Source: Escherichia coli (GTDB taxonomy: Bacteria; Pseudomonadota; Gammaproteobacteria; Enterobacterales; Enterobacteriaceae). Taken from it: DNA of 64,000 nucleotides. Under the pieces are notes generated by a model that saw only the letters and a list, made by a program, of their open reading frames with translations, did no database searches and was not told the DNA's origin. The position numbers were made by a program, and so were the translations under genes. Positions 41,148 to 53,717 of this stretch are shown here, one piece after another; position 1 is the stretch's first letter, and each line of letters begins with the position of its first letter. The DNA is taken from NCBI RefSeq assembly GCF_003019035.1, contig NZ_CP027447.1; one strand, given 5' to 3'.

Positions 41148-43934
41148 ATGGTTCAGATCCCCCAAAATCCACTTATCCTTGTAGATGGTTCATCTTATCT
41201 TTATCGCGCATATCACGCGTTTCCCCCGCTGACTAACAGCGCAGGCGAGCCGACTGGTGCGATGTATGGTGTCCTCAACATGCTGCGCAGTCTGATCATG
41301 CAATATAAACCGACGCATGCAGCGGTGGTCTTTGACGCCAAGGGAAAAACCTTTCGTGATGAACTGTTTGAACATTACAAATCACATCGCCCGCCAATGC
41401 CGGACGATCTGCGAGCACAAATCGAACCTCTGCACGCGATGGTTAAAGCGATGGGACTGCCGCTGCTGGCGGTTTCTGGCGTAGAAGCGGACGACGTTAT
41501 TGGTACTCTGGCGCGCGAAGCCGAAAAAGCCGGGCGTCCGGTGCTGATCAGCACTGGCGATAAAGATATGGCGCAGCTGGTGACACCAAATATCACGCTT
41601 ATCAACACCATGACGAATACCATCCTCGGACCGGAAGAGGTGGTGAATAAGTACGGCGTGCCGCCAGAACTGATCATCGATTTCCTGGCGCTGATGGGTG
41701 ACTCCTCTGATAACATTCCTGGCGTACCGGGCGTCGGTGAAAAAACCGCGCAGGCATTGCTGCAAGGTCTTGGCGGGCTGGATACGCTGTATGCCGAGCC
41801 AGAAAAAATTGCTGGGTTGAGCTTCCGTGGCGCGAAAACAATGGCAGCGAAGCTCGAGCAAAACAAAGAAGTTGCTTATCTCTCATACCAGCTGGCGACG
41901 ATTAAAACCGACGTTGAACTGGAGCTGACCTGTGAACAACTGGAAGTGCAGCCACCGGCGGCGGAAGAGTTGTTAGGGCTGTTCAAAAAGTATGAGTTCA
42001 AACGCTGGACTGCTGATGTCGAAGCGGGCAAATGGCTACAGGCTAAAGGGGTGAAACCCGCAGCCAGGCCGCAGGAAACCAGTGTTGCAGACGAAGCGCC
42101 AGAAGTGACGGCAACGGTGATTTCTTATGACAACTACGTCACCATCCTTGATGAAGAAACACTGAAAGAGTGGATTGCGAAGCTGGAAAAAGCGCCGGTA
42201 TTTGCATTTGATACCGAAACCGACAGCCTTGATAACATCTCTGCTAACCTGGTCGGGCTTTCTTTTGCTATCGAGCCAGGCGTAGCGGCATATATTCCGG
42301 TTGCTCATGATTATCTTGATGCGCCCGATCAAATCTCTCGCGAGCGTGCACTCGAGTTGCTAAAACCGCTGCTGGAAGATGAAAAGGCGCTGAAGGTCGG
42401 GCAAAACCTGAAATACGATCGCGGTATTCTGGCGAACTACGGCATTGAACTACGTGGGATTGCGTTTGATACCATGCTGGAGTCCTACATTCTCAATAGC
42501 GTTGCCGGGCGTCACGATATGGACAGCCTCGCGGAACGTTGGTTGAAGCACAAAACCATCACTTTTGAAGAGATTGCGGGTAAAGGCAAAAATCAACTGA
42601 CCTTTAACCAGATTGCCCTCGAAGAAGCCGGACGTTACGCCGCCGAAGATGCAGATGTCACCTTGCAGTTGCATCTGAAAATGTGGCCGGATCTGCAAAA
42701 ACACAAAGGGCCGTTGAACGTCTTCGAGAATATCGAAATGCCGCTGGTGCCGGTGCTTTCACGCATTGAACGTAACGGTGTGAAGATCGATCCGAAAGTG
42801 CTGCACAATCACTCTGAAGAGCTCACCTTGCGTCTGGCTGAGCTGGAAAAGAAAGCGCATGAAATTGCAGGTGAAGAATTTAACCTTTCTTCCACCAAGC
42901 AGTTACAAACCATTCTGTTTGAAAAACAGGGCATTAAACCGCTGAAGAAAACGCCGGGTGGCGCGCCGTCAACGTCGGAAGAGGTACTGGAAGAACTGGC
43001 GCTGGACTATCCGTTGCCAAAAGTGATTCTGGAGTATCGTGGTCTGGCGAAGCTGAAATCGACCTACACCGACAAGCTGCCGTTGATGATCAACCCGAAA
43101 ACCGGGCGTGTACATACCTCTTATCACCAGGCAGTAACCGCAACGGGACGTTTATCGTCAACCGATCCTAACCTGCAAAACATTCCGGTGCGTAATGAAG
43201 AAGGTCGTCGTATCCGCCAGGCGTTTATTGCGCCAGAGGATTATGTGATTGTCTCGGCGGACTACTCGCAGATTGAACTGCGCATTATGGCGCATCTCTC
43301 GCGTGACAAAGGCTTGCTGACCGCATTCGCGGAAGGAAAAGATATCCACCGGGCTACGGCGGCAGAAGTGTTTGGTTTACCACTGGAAACCGTAACCAGC
43401 GAGCAACGCCGTAGCGCGAAAGCGATCAACTTTGGTCTGATTTATGGCATGAGTGCTTTCGGCCTGGCGCGGCAATTGAACATTCCACGTAAAGAAGCGC
43501 AGAAGTACATGGACCTTTACTTCGAACGCTACCCTGGCGTGCTGGAGTATATGGAACGCACCCGTGCTCAGGCGAAAGAGCAGGGCTACGTTGAAACGCT
43601 GGACGGACGCCGTCTGTATCTGCCGGATATCAAATCCAGCAATGGTGCTCGTCGTGCAGCGGCTGAACGTGCAGCCATTAACGCGCCAATGCAGGGAACC
43701 GCCGCCGACATTATCAAACGGGCGATGATTGCCGTTGATGCGTGGCTACAGGCTGAGCAACCGCGTGTACGTATGATCATGCAGGTACACGATGAACTGG
43801 TATTTGAAGTTCATAAAGATGATGTCGATGCCGTCGCGAAGCAGATTCATCAACTGATGGAAAACTGTACCCGTCTGGATGTGCCGTTGCTGGTGGAAGT
43901 GGGGAGTGGCGAAAACTGGGATCAGGCGCACTAA
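41148..43934 (+). CDS. polA: DNA polymerase I
   Basis: 928 aa; 5-prime nuclease, 3-prime-5-prime exonuclease and polymerase domains; matches E. coli Pol I. Confidence 0.97.
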   Translation: MVQIPQNPLILVDGSSYLYRAYHAFPPLTNSAGEPTGAMYGVLNMLRSLIMQYKPTHAAVVFDAKGKTFRDELFEHYKSHRPPMPDDLRAQIEPLHAMVKAMGLPLLAVSGVEADDVIGTLAREAEKAGRPVLISTGDKDMAQLVTPNITLINTMTNTILGPEEVVNKYGVPPELIIDFLALMGDSSDNIPGVPGVGEKTAQALLQGLGGLDTLYAEPEKIAGLSFRGAKTMAAKLEQNKEVAYLSYQLATIKTDVELELTCEQLEVQPPAAEELLGLFKKYEFKRWTADVEAGKWLQAKGVKPAARPQETSVADEAPEVTATVISYDNYVTILDEETLKEWIAKLEKAPVFAFDTETDSLDNISANLVGLSFAIEPGVAAYIPVAHDYLDAPDQISRERALELLKPLLEDEKALKVGQNLKYDRGILANYGIELRGIAFDTMLESYILNSVAGRHDMDSLAERWLKHKTITFEEIAGKGKNQLTFNQIALEEAGRYAAEDADVTLQLHLKMWPDLQKHKGPLNVFENIEMPLVPVLSRIERNGVKIDPKVLHNHSEELTLRLAELEKKAHEIAGEEFNLSSTKQLQTILFEKQGIKPLKKTPGGAPSTSEEVLEELALDYPLPKVILEYRGLAKLKSTYTDKLPLMINPKTGRVHTSYHQAVTATGRLSSTDPNLQNIPVRNEEGRRIRQAFIAPEDYVIVSADYSQIELRIMAHLSRDKGLLTAFAEGKDIHRATAAEVFGLPLETVTSEQRRSAKAINFGLIYGMSAFGLARQLNIPRKEAQKYMDLYFERYPGVLEYMERTRAQAKEQGYVETLDGRRLYLPDIKSSNGARRAAAERAAINAPMQGTAADIIKRAMIAVDAWLQAEQPRVRMIMQVHDELVFEVHKDDVDAVAKQIHQLMENCTRLDVPLLVEVGSGENWDQAH

Positions 43935-44081
43935 GATTCGCCTGAACATGCCCTTTTTTCGTAAGTAAGCAACATAAGCTGTCACGTTTTGTGATGGCTA
44001 TTAGAAATTCCTATGCAACAACTGAAAAAAAATTACAAAAAATGCTTTCTGAACTGAACAAAAAAGAGTAAAGTTAGTCGC

Positions 44082-44190
44082 GTAGGGTACAGAGGTAAGA
44101 TGTTCTATCTTTCAGACCTTTTACTTCACGTAATCGGATTTGGCTGAATATTTTAGCCGCCCCAGTCAGTAATGACTGGGGCGTTTTTTA
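44082..44190 (+). ncRNA. spf: Spot 42 small RNA
   Basis: gtagggtacagaggtaagatgttctatctttcagacc...gccgccccagtcagtaatgactggggcgtttttta matches Spot 42 (109 nt) with its intrinsic terminator. Confidence 0.85.
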
Positions 44191-44210
44191 TTGGGCGAAA
44201 GAAAAGATCC

Positions 44211-44296
44211 GTAATGCCTGATGCGCCATGTTTATCAGGCCAACGGTAGAAGTGTAATCTATTGAATTTACTGGCCGGATACGCCACATCCGGCAC
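44211..44296. repeat. REP-like palindromic units between spf and engB
   Basis: gcctgatgcgccatgtttatcaggcc and ggccggatacgccacatccggc. Confidence 0.5.
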
Positions 44297-44315
44297 AAGC
44301 ATTAAGGCAAGAAAA

Positions 44316-44948
44316 TTATTCGCCGTCCTGCGTTTCTTCTACAGGCTGCATCTCGCTAAACCAGGTATCCAGTTTCTGCCGCAGCTTGTCCACGCCTTGT
44401 TTCTTCAGTGAAGAGAAGGTTTCAACCTGCACATCACCGTTAAACGCCAGCACCGCTTCACGCACCATATTCAATTGCGCTTTACGTGCGCCGCTTGCCA
44501 GTTTGTCCGCTTTGGTCAGCAGCACCAGCACGGCGATATTGCTGTCTACCGCCCACTCAATCATCTGCTGATCCAAATCTTTCAGCGGATGGCGAATATC
44601 CATTAGCACCACCAGACCTTGCAGGCTCTGACGTTTTTCGAGGTACTCGCCGAGCGCGCGCTGCCATTTGCGCTTCATCTCTTCCGGGACTTCCGCATAA
44701 CCGTACCCAGGCAAGTCAACCAGACGCTTGCCGTCAGCCACTTCAAACAGGTTGATAAGCTGGGTGCGCCCTGGGGTTTTTGAGGTCCGCGCCAGGCTTT
44801 TCTGGTTAGTCAGCGTGTTCAGCGCGCTGGATTTACCTGCGTTGGAACGGCCTGCAAAAGCCACTTCAATTCCGGTATCGGAAGGTAGGTGGCGAATATC
44901 AGGCGCACTCATCACAAAATGCGTCTGTTGATAATTCAAATTAGTCAA
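44316..44948 (-). CDS. engB: Ribosome biogenesis GTPase EngB (YihA/YsxC)
   Basis: 210 aa; G1 motif GRSNAGKSS; non-ATG (TTG) start as read from the sequence. Confidence 0.9.
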
Positions 44949-45218
44949 AGCGGTCGTCTCCGTCAGTCAAAGCTTTGCGGCGATTATACCTGAACCATAA
45001 TAAAAGGCGGATTTTTCGGCGTGAGCGTTGTAAGTAAAAGCCATACGCTTTGTGAGACATTGCCGATAGTCTTTATGCGAAATAGCAGAGAAAATTCTGC
45101 GATGCATGTCAAATAAGCTATATAAATCAGTTAATTGCTTTTATATAAAACTCTGAAAATGTGCAAATACTGATGGCGGTTGATTGTTTGTTTAAAGCAA
45201 AGGCGTAAAGTAGCACCC

Positions 45219-45462
45219 ATAGAGCGAGGACGCTAACAGGAACAATGACTCAGGATGAGGGTCAGGAGCGCCAGGAGGCGAAGACAGAGGATTGTCAGGA
45301 AGACAAACGTCCGGAGACGTAATTAAACGGAAATGGAATCAACACGGATTGTTCCGGCTAATGGAAAAACAGGGTGTGTTGGCGGCCTGCAAGGATTGTA
45401 AGACCCGTTAAGGGTTATGAGTCAGGAAAAAAGGCGACAGAGTAATCTGTCGCCTTTTTTCT
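45219..45462 (+). ncRNA. csrC: CsrC small RNA (CsrA-sequestering)
   Basis: Non-coding stretch with many GGA motifs (caggatgagg, caggaggcg, caggaag, ...) ending in a ggcgacagagtaatctgtcgcc hairpin plus T-run; position between engB and yihI matches csrC. Confidence 0.65.
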
Positions 45463-45529
45463 TTGCTTGCTTTCTGTTAGATTCCGCCGCAAATCTATAC
45501 TGAATAAAACGGCTAAAAGACGAACCATT

Positions 45530-46039
45530 ATGAAACCATCATCTTCAAACTCACGCAGCAAAGGTCATGCAAAAGCGCGTCGAAAAACACGCGAGGAGCT
45601 GGATCAGGAAGCTCGTGACCGTAAGCGTCAGAAAAAACGTCGTGGTCATGCGCCGGGCAGCCGCGCAGCGGGCGGTAACACCTCGTCAGGCAGCAAAGGC
45701 CAGAACGCACCAAAAGATCCACGTATTGGCAGTAAAACCCCTATTCCATTGGGCGTGACTGAAAAAGTCACCAAACAGCACAAACCGAAGAGTGAGAAAC
45801 CTATGCTTTCACCGCAGGCGGAGTTGGAATTACTGGAAACGGATGAGCGTCTGGATGCGCTGCTGGAACGTCTGGAAGCAGGCGAAACCCTGAGCGCCGA
45901 AGAGCAATCCTGGGTGGATGCTAAACTGGATCGTATTGATGAGTTGATGCAGAAACTCGGCCTCTCTTATGACGATGACGAAGAAGAGGAAGAAGACGAG
46001 AAGCAAGAAGACATGATGCGTCTGCTGCGGGGCAACTAA
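45530..46039 (+). CDS. yihI: Der GTPase-activating protein YihI
   Basis: Start at [19 protein letters not shown] (169 aa); basic N-terminus, acidic C-terminus. Confidence 0.85.
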
Positions 46040-46227
46040 CGGATTGCCGCCGTGGGCCTTCCCGTTCTGCTGATAACCCTTCCGGTTATATGTTATCTGG
46101 TGTGGTTATTCGTTAAACTACAGCGGTTGTCGCGGCGACAAAAGTGGCTGCGCAACCGGCTGATGACCCGAAACGGGCATCCGCCGGTACGCCGTAGCCG
46201 CCAGAGACGCCATCGGAAGGAGTGAGC

Positions 46228-47601
46228 ATGTCTGTACAGCAAATCGACTGGGATCTGGCCCTGATCCAGAAATATAACTATTCCGGGCCACGATACACCT
46301 CGTACCCGACCGCGCTGGAGTTTTCAGAAGACTTCGGCGAACAGGCGTTTTTACAAGCCGTGGCGCGCTATCCTGAGCGTCCATTATCTCTCTACGTACA
46401 TATTCCGTTCTGCCATAAGCTTTGTTACTTCTGCGGTTGCAATAAGATAGTTACTCGCCAGCAGCACAAGGCCGATCAGTATCTGGACGCGCTGGAGCAA
46501 GAAATCGTCCATCGTGCACCGCTTTTTGCCGGGCGCAAGGTGAGCCAGCTGCACTGGGGCGGTGGTACGCCGACGTATCTGAACAAAGCGCAAATCAGCC
46601 GTCTGATGAAGCTGCTGCGCGAAAACTTCCAGTTCAATGCCGATGCGGAGATTTCGATCGAAGTCGATCCGCGCGAAATCGAACTGGATGTACTCGATCA
46701 TTTACGCGCCGAGGGCTTTAATCGCCTGAGCATGGGCGTGCAGGACTTCAACAAAGAAGTGCAACGTCTGGTTAACCGCGAGCAGGATGAAGAGTTCATC
46801 TTTGCACTGCTTAACCATGCGCGTGAGATTGGCTTTACCTCCACCAACATCGACCTGATTTACGGTCTGCCGAAACAGACGCCGGAAAGTTTTGCCTTTA
46901 CCCTGAAACGTGTGGCGGAGCTGAACCCCGATCGTCTGAGCGTCTTTAACTACGCGCATCTGCCAACTATTTTTGCCGCCCAACGCAAAATCAAAGATGC
47001 TGACTTGCCGAGTCCGCAACAAAAACTCGATATCTTGCAGGAAACCATCGCCTTCCTGACACAATCGGGCTATCAGTTTATCGGTATGGATCACTTTGCT
47101 CGCCCTGATGACGAGCTGGCAGTGGCCCAGCGCGAAGGCGTGTTGCATCGTAACTTCCAGGGCTATACCACTCAGGGCGATACCGATTTGCTGGGGATGG
47201 GCGTTTCCGCCATCAGCATGATTGGCGACTGCTACGCGCAGAACCAGAAAGAGTTGAAGCAGTACTATCAGCAAGTGGATGAACAAGGCAATGCGCTGTG
47301 GCGTGGTATTGCGCTAACGCGTGATGACTGTATTCGCCGCGATGTGATTAAGTCGCTCATCTGCAACTTCCGTCTGGATTACGCTCCCATTGAGCAACAG
47401 TGGGATTTGCACTTCGCTGATTACTTTGCGGAAGATCTCAAGCTGCTCGCCCCGTTAGCAAAAGATGGGCTGGTGGATGTGGATGAGAAGGGGATTCAAG
47501 TGACGGCGAAAGGTCGCTTGCTGATCCGCAACATTTGCATGTGCTTTGATACCTATCTGCGCCAGAAAGCGCGGATGCAGCAGTTCTCACGGGTGATTTA
47601 A
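46228..47601 (+). CDS. hemN: Oxygen-independent coproporphyrinogen III oxidase HemN (radical SAM)
   Basis: Start at MSVQQIDWDLALIQKYNYSGPRYTSYPT (457 aa, RBS GGAAGGA); CxxxCxxC radical-SAM motif (CHKLCYFC). Confidence 0.95.
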   Translation: MSVQQIDWDLALIQKYNYSGPRYTSYPTALEFSEDFGEQAFLQAVARYPERPLSLYVHIPFCHKLCYFCGCNKIVTRQQHKADQYLDALEQEIVHRAPLFAGRKVSQLHWGGGTPTYLNKAQISRLMKLLRENFQFNADAEISIEVDPREIELDVLDHLRAEGFNRLSMGVQDFNKEVQRLVNREQDEEFIFALLNHAREIGFTSTNIDLIYGLPKQTPESFAFTLKRVAELNPDRLSVFNYAHLPTIFAAQRKIKDADLPSPQQKLDILQETIAFLTQSGYQFIGMDHFARPDDELAVAQREGVLHRNFQGYTTQGDTDLLGMGVSAISMIGDCYAQNQKELKQYYQQVDEQGNALWRGIALTRDDCIRRDVIKSLICNFRLDYAPIEQQWDLHFADYFAEDLKLLAPLAKDGLVDVDEKGIQVTAKGRLLIRNICMCFDTYLRQKARMQQFSRVI

Positions 47602-47667
47602 ATAGTGAATGGCGCTTCGTTTACAAAGTAGAAAACGAAAGCGCCATCAATGTGCTGAGAACAAGAT

Positions 47668-48888
<1,221 letters not shown>

Positions 48889-48917
48889 CAACAGCGCCTG
48901 ACGGCGCTGTGTCTGGC

Positions 48918-48977
<60 letters not shown>

Positions 48978-49000
48978 AAACCTGTTGAAAATATTGCTTT

Positions 49001-49040
49001 TGCAGGCCGGATAAGGCGTTCACGCCGCATCCGGCATGAA
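49001..49040. repeat. REP element downstream of the IS
   Basis: gcaggccggataaggcgttcacgccgcatccggcatg. Confidence 0.5.
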
Positions 49041-49069
49041 CAAAGAGCACTTCATCAGCAATCTGAAAC

Positions 49070-49180
49070 TCAACTAAACAGCCCAATCATCGCGGCACAC
49101 AGCACGGCAGCAACGGCAGTTTGTGGTGTGTGGCTGTCAACTGCGCCACTCGATACCAGATTAATTATTGATTCCAGCAT
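49070..49180 (-). CDS. yshB: Small membrane protein YshB-like, 36 aa
   Basis: Manual translation: MLESIINLVSSGAVDSHTPQTAVAAVLCAAMIGLFS with RBS GGAGAG; below the ORF-track size cut-off; identity to YshB recalled from memory. Confidence 0.5.
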   Translation of the reverse strand: MLESIINLVSSGAVDSHTPQTAVAAVLCAAMIGLFS

Positions 49181-49291
49181 AATGACTCTCCCCGTTTTCC
49201 GGGCAAGATCATACTGAACTTATCGGAACAGTAAAGCGCAAAATACCAGCAATTTGCGCTCAATAATCAATCTTTACTCACAAGCCGTGAA

Positions 49292-50701
49292 TCACTCCAT
49301 CCCTAGCTCTTTTAACTTACGCGTCAGGGTGTTACGCCCCCAGCCAAGTAAGCGCGCAGCTTCCTGTTTATGCCCCTGCGTATGTCGCAACGCGGTCGTC
49401 AGTAACGTCCGCTCCAACTCTGGTTGCGCTTCAGACAGCAAGTTTTGATGACCGGAACGTAGCGCCCGATCTGCCCACTGTGCTAACAGCGTTGCCCAAC
49501 TGTCCGGCTGCATTTGTGAAGTGCTTTCCGGTACGGTTGATTCAAACAGTTCACCGGGCAAATCCTGAATCAACACTTCCTGCCCGGCGGCCATCACCGT
49601 TAGCCAGCGACAGGTGTTTTCCAGCTGACGCACGTTCCCCGGCCACGCCAGGCGCGTCAGCGCGGCTTCGGTTTCCGGATGCAGCAACTTCGCTTCTACG
49701 CCCAGTTCGCGCGCGGCAACCTGTAAAAAATGGCGTGCCAGACGGGGAATATCTTCCCGACGCTCACGCAATGGCGGCAGATGAACGCGGATAACGTTCA
49801 GGCGGTGGAACAGATCCTCGCGGAACTTGCCTTCCTGCACGCGCAGTTCCAGGTTCTGGTGAGTAGCAGCGATAATACGCACATCCACTTTCACCGGCGC
49901 ATAGCCGCCAACGCGGTAAAACTGACCGTCTGCCAGTACGCGCAGCAAACGGGTCTGCACATCCAGCGGCATATCGCCAATTTCATCGAGGAATAATGTG
50001 CCACCATCGGCCTGTTCAAAACGCCCCTGACGAATGGTATTCGCGCCGGTAAACGCGCCTTTCTCGTGACCAAACAGTTCTGATTCGATCAAATCCTTCG
50101 GAATAGCCGCCATATTCAGCGCGATAAATGGCGCTTTGGCTCGCGGACTGTGGCGATGCAGGGCATGAGCGACCAGTTCTTTACCGGTGCCGGATTCGCC
50201 GTTAATCAGCACGCTAATAGAAGAACGCGAAAGCCGACCGATAATACGGAACACGTCCTGCATGGCTGGCGCTTCGCCGATGATATCGGTCGTTGGGCCG
50301 TTAAGCTGAACATTACGCGGCTGCTGCTGTTCCTGATAATGGCTGATGGCGCGCTCAACCAGCGCCACGGCTTCGTCGATATCAAACGGTTTGGGCAGAT
50401 AATCAAACGCCCCTTGTTGATAGGCGCTGACGGCAGCATCCAGATCGGAATGTGCGGTCATAATGATGACCGGAAGCATCGGATGGCGCTGTTTAATCTG
50501 CTTGAGCAGCGCCAGCCCGTCCATTCCCGGCATACGGATATCTGAAAGCAGCACATCCGGCGTTTTGCTCGCCAGCGCCTCCAGTACTTCCGCGCCGTTC
50601 TCAAATGTCGTACAGGTTAAACCCGCTCCAGCGAGCGCACGTTCAAGCACCCAACGGATGGAACTATCGTCATCGACTACCCAGACTATCCCTCGTTGCA
50701 T
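49292..50701 (-). CDS. glnG: Nitrogen regulation response regulator NtrC (sigma-54 activator)
   Basis: Start at [23 protein letters not shown] (469 aa); AAA+ GESGTGKE and GAFTGA motifs; track ORF has an extension. Confidence 0.95.
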   Translation of the reverse strand: MQRGIVWVVDDDSSIRWVLERALAGAGLTCTTFENGAEVLEALASKTPDVLLSDIRMPGMDGLALLKQIKQRHPMLPVIIMTAHSDLDAAVSAYQQGAFDYLPKPFDIDEAVALVERAISHYQEQQQPRNVQLNGPTTDIIGEAPAMQDVFRIIGRLSRSSISVLINGESGTGKELVAHALHRHSPRAKAPFIALNMAAIPKDLIESELFGHEKGAFTGANTIRQGRFEQADGGTLFLDEIGDMPLDVQTRLLRVLADGQFYRVGGYAPVKVDVRIIAATHQNLELRVQEGKFREDLFHRLNVIRVHLPPLRERREDIPRLARHFLQVAARELGVEAKLLHPETEAALTRLAWPGNVRQLENTCRWLTVMAAGQEVLIQDLPGELFESTVPESTSQMQPDSWATLLAQWADRALRSGHQNLLSEAQPELERTLLTTALRHTQGHKQEAARLLGWGRNTLTRKLKELGME

Positions 50702-50712
50702 AAACGTCACCT

Positions 50713-51762
50713 TTATTTCCTGATAGGCAGGTAAACCGAGAACTCGGTATGACCTGGCCAACTGGTAAATTCAATTTTGCCTGAATGCTGATCAATCAAA
50801 TTACGGGCGATGGATAAGCCAAGCCCGGTGCCACCTTCGCGGCCGCTGACCATCGGGTAAAACAGCGTATCCTGCAAATGAGGCGGAATACCTGGCCCGT
50901 TATCTTCCACATCAATTCGCGCCGCCAGCCGATAACGCTCGCCGTGTAAGGTCAGTTGAAACGCGGTGCGGGTACGCAGAATGATTTCACCACCCTCCGG
51001 CCCCAGCGCCTGTAGCGCATTGCGCACAATATTCAGCAAGACCTGTTCAATTTGATCCGGGTCGTGCGCCAGTTCCGGCAGGCTGGGGTCGTAATCCCGA
51101 ATCAACCGCACGTTGCTCGGCAGTTCCATCGACACCAGCGTCACCACGCGTTCAGCCACTTTGTGAATACTTTCGGTAATACGCGTACCGGGCAGCTGCG
51201 GCCCCAACAGACGGTCGACCAGATTTCGCAGCCGGTCCGCCTGTTCGATAATCACTTTGGTATATTCGAGTAGTGACGGGTCAGGTAATGCTTTGCTGAG
51301 CAGCTGCGCCGCGCCACGTAAACCGCCAAGCGGATTTTTAATCTCATGTGCCAGGCCGCGCACTAAATCACGGGCAGCAACCTGCTGGGCGTGCTGTAGC
51401 TGTTCCTGACTTAAGCGGCGCTGGTTATCCATCGGTGCCATCTCCAGCAGGATCATGCCGTCCGGCATACGCTGAGCCGTCACAGAAAGGATATGCGAGC
51501 GCCCGTCGATGACCAGCGTCACTTCGTTATCGGTAAAGCCTTGCCCCGCCTCCAGACTTTCTTGCATCAGCTCGATATTTAATGAGAAGTAGCTCAACAG
51601 TTCCGGTAACGGCGTACCAAACAATTTGCGGGAGCTTTGGGCGAGCAGTTGTTGCGCGGCGGGGTTGGCGTAATGGATCGCCAGATTGTCATCAATTAAC
51701 AAAATACTGTTAATCAGCGAGTTGAGGATCTGCCCAGCATCGGGCTGCGTGCCTGTTGCCAT
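50713..51762 (-). CDS. glnL: Nitrogen regulation sensor histidine kinase NtrB
   Basis: 349 aa; H-box HEIKNPL; RBS AGGAGA. Confidence 0.95.
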   Translation of the reverse strand: MATGTQPDAGQILNSLINSILLIDDNLAIHYANPAAQQLLAQSSRKLFGTPLPELLSYFSLNIELMQESLEAGQGFTDNEVTLVIDGRSHILSVTAQRMPDGMILLEMAPMDNQRRLSQEQLQHAQQVAARDLVRGLAHEIKNPLGGLRGAAQLLSKALPDPSLLEYTKVIIEQADRLRNLVDRLLGPQLPGTRITESIHKVAERVVTLVSMELPSNVRLIRDYDPSLPELAHDPDQIEQVLLNIVRNALQALGPEGGEIILRTRTAFQLTLHGERYRLAARIDVEDNGPGIPPHLQDTLFYPMVSGREGGTGLGLSIARNLIDQHSGKIEFTSWPGHTEFSVYLPIRK

Positions 51763-51850
51763 AAAGCAGTCTCCTGAACAGGTTGCACCATTTTAGTGCA
51801 TTATAGCTTTTTACGGATAAAAAGCGCGAAGCATCAGAGAATTGACGGAG

Positions 51851-51875
51851 AAAAAAGCCCATGCAGAGATGGGCT
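51851..51875 (-). terminator. glnA rho-independent terminator
   Basis: On the minus strand: agcccatctctgcatgggct hairpin followed by TTTTTT. Confidence 0.6.
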
Positions 51876-51935
51876 GAAAGTTTCCACGGCAACTAAATCC
51901 CAGCGTTGTTGCGCCGGGTAGTACAACTTCAACTA
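51851..51935 (-). ncRNA. Candidate 3-prime-UTR-derived sRNA of glnA (GlnZ-like); position-based only
   Basis: About 60 nt of 3-prime UTR plus the intrinsic terminator downstream of the glnA stop; glnA 3-prime-UTR sRNAs are described in enterobacteria. Confidence 0.3.
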
Positions 51936-53345
51936 TTAGACGCTGTAGTACAGCTCAAACTCTACCGGATGCGGAGTCATACGCACACGGTCATCTTCTT
52001 CGCGACGCAGAGCGATGTACGCATCGATCGCTTCATCAGTGAACACGCCACCGGCTTTCAGGAACTCGCGGTCCAGATCCAGTTCGTTCAGTGCTTCTTC
52101 CAGAGAACCAGCAACCTGTGGGATCTCTTTCGCTTCTTCCGGCGGCAGGTCATACAGGTTTTTGTCCATGGCTTCGCCCGGATGGATCTTGTTCTTGATA
52201 CCGTCAAGACCGGCCATCAGCAGGGCAGCAAAACACAGGTACGGGTTAGCCGCCGGGTCCGGGAAACGTACTTCGATACGACGTGCTTTCGGAGAAGAAA
52301 CCACCGGAATACGGATAGACGCAGAACGGTTACGCGCAGAGTAAGCCAGCATTACCGGTGCTTCGTAGCCCGGGACCAGACGCTTGTAAGAGTTGGTGGT
52401 CGGGTTTGCCAGGGCATTAATCGCTTTCGCGTGTTTGATTACGCCGCCAATATAGTACAGCGCCTGCTCAGACAGACCTGCGTATTTGTCGCCAGCAAAC
52501 AGGTTAACGCCGTTTTTAGACAGCGACATGTGGCAGTGCATACCGGAACCGTTATCACCGAACATCGGTTTTGGCATAAAGGTCGCAGTTTTACCGAAGC
52601 GGTGCGCTACGTTGTGCACAACATATTTGTAGATCTGAATTTCGTCAGCTTTTTTGGTCATGGTATTGAAGCGGGTAGCCACTTCGTTCTGACCAGCAGT
52701 CGCTACTTCGTGGTGATGGGCTTCAACCACCAGACCCATCTGTTCCATCACCAGACACATTTCAGAACGAATATCCTGAGCCGAGTCTACCGGTGGAACC
52801 GGGAAGTAACCGCCTTTCACTGCCGGACGGTGACCTTTGTTACCACCTTCGTATTGGGTGGAGGAGTTCCATGCGCCTTCGATATCGTCGATAGCAACGT
52901 GGGAACCGGAGATAGATGATCCGAAACGGATGTCATCGAACAGGAAGAATTCAGGTTCTGGCCCGAACAGTACGGTGTCGGCAATGCCAGTGGAACGCAG
53001 GTAATCTTCGGCGCGCTTCGCAATGGAGCGCGGGTCACGGTCATAGCCTTGCAGGGTGCCAGGTTCAAGGATGTCGCAACGGATAATCAGGGTGGAGTCG
53101 GCGAAGAACGGGTCAATCACTGCGGTGGATGCGTCTGGCATCAGCACCATGTCGGATTCATTAATGCCTTTCCAGCCGCCAATCGAGGAGCCGTCAAACA
53201 TTTTGCCTTCTTCGAAGAATTCGGCATTCACCTGATGAGCAGGGATAGTGACGTGCTGTTCTTTACCTTTGGTATCGGTGAAGCGCAAATCAACAAACTT
53301 CACTTCGTGCTCGTTCAGCATCGTCAGTACGTGTTCAGCGGACAT
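51936..53345 (-). CDS. glnA: Glutamine synthetase GlnA
   Basis: 469 aa; [31 protein letters not shown]...; adenylylation-site region present. Confidence 0.97.
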
Positions 53346-53424
53346 ACTTTAACTCTCCTGGATTGGTCATGGTCGTCGTGGTAACGAAATCTGCAATTAT
53401 TTTGGCCGTGTCGCCGTAAAAAAG

Positions 53425-53446
53425 ATAAAGCGAAAACTGTGCCAAC
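53425..53446 (-). promoter_or_regulatory. Sigma-54 promoter glnAp2 (TGGCAC-N5-TCGCT)
   Basis: Minus-strand reading ttggcacagttttcgct, with correct -24/-12 spacing, upstream of glnA. Confidence 0.6.
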
Positions 53447-53489
53447 TTTTAAATTGCCCCTAAAAGGCGTTATCATGCTTAACATCGTG

Positions 53490-53570
53490 CAAAAGGGCTG
53501 CACCATGATGTGAATGTTGCACCAATATAGTGCTTCAATGGAAACATTAAGCACCATATTGGTGCAATGA
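53490..53570. promoter_or_regulatory. NtrC binding sites (enhancer) upstream of glnA
   Basis: Perfect palindrome gcaccatattggtgca (53551-53566) plus tgcacca-type half-sites at 53500-53530. Confidence 0.55.
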
Positions 53571-53717
53571 CCTTTGGATAACCCTTTTTATGCTCCGTGA
53601 AAGCGATCACAAAGGGACTCTGCAATACTTGTTTGCGGAGGATGTTTGTGATCCTGTTTTGTAGTGCGATTAATCCGTGTACAATAACGCGCTATTTCTA
53701 ATGCCTGAGGCAAAGTT

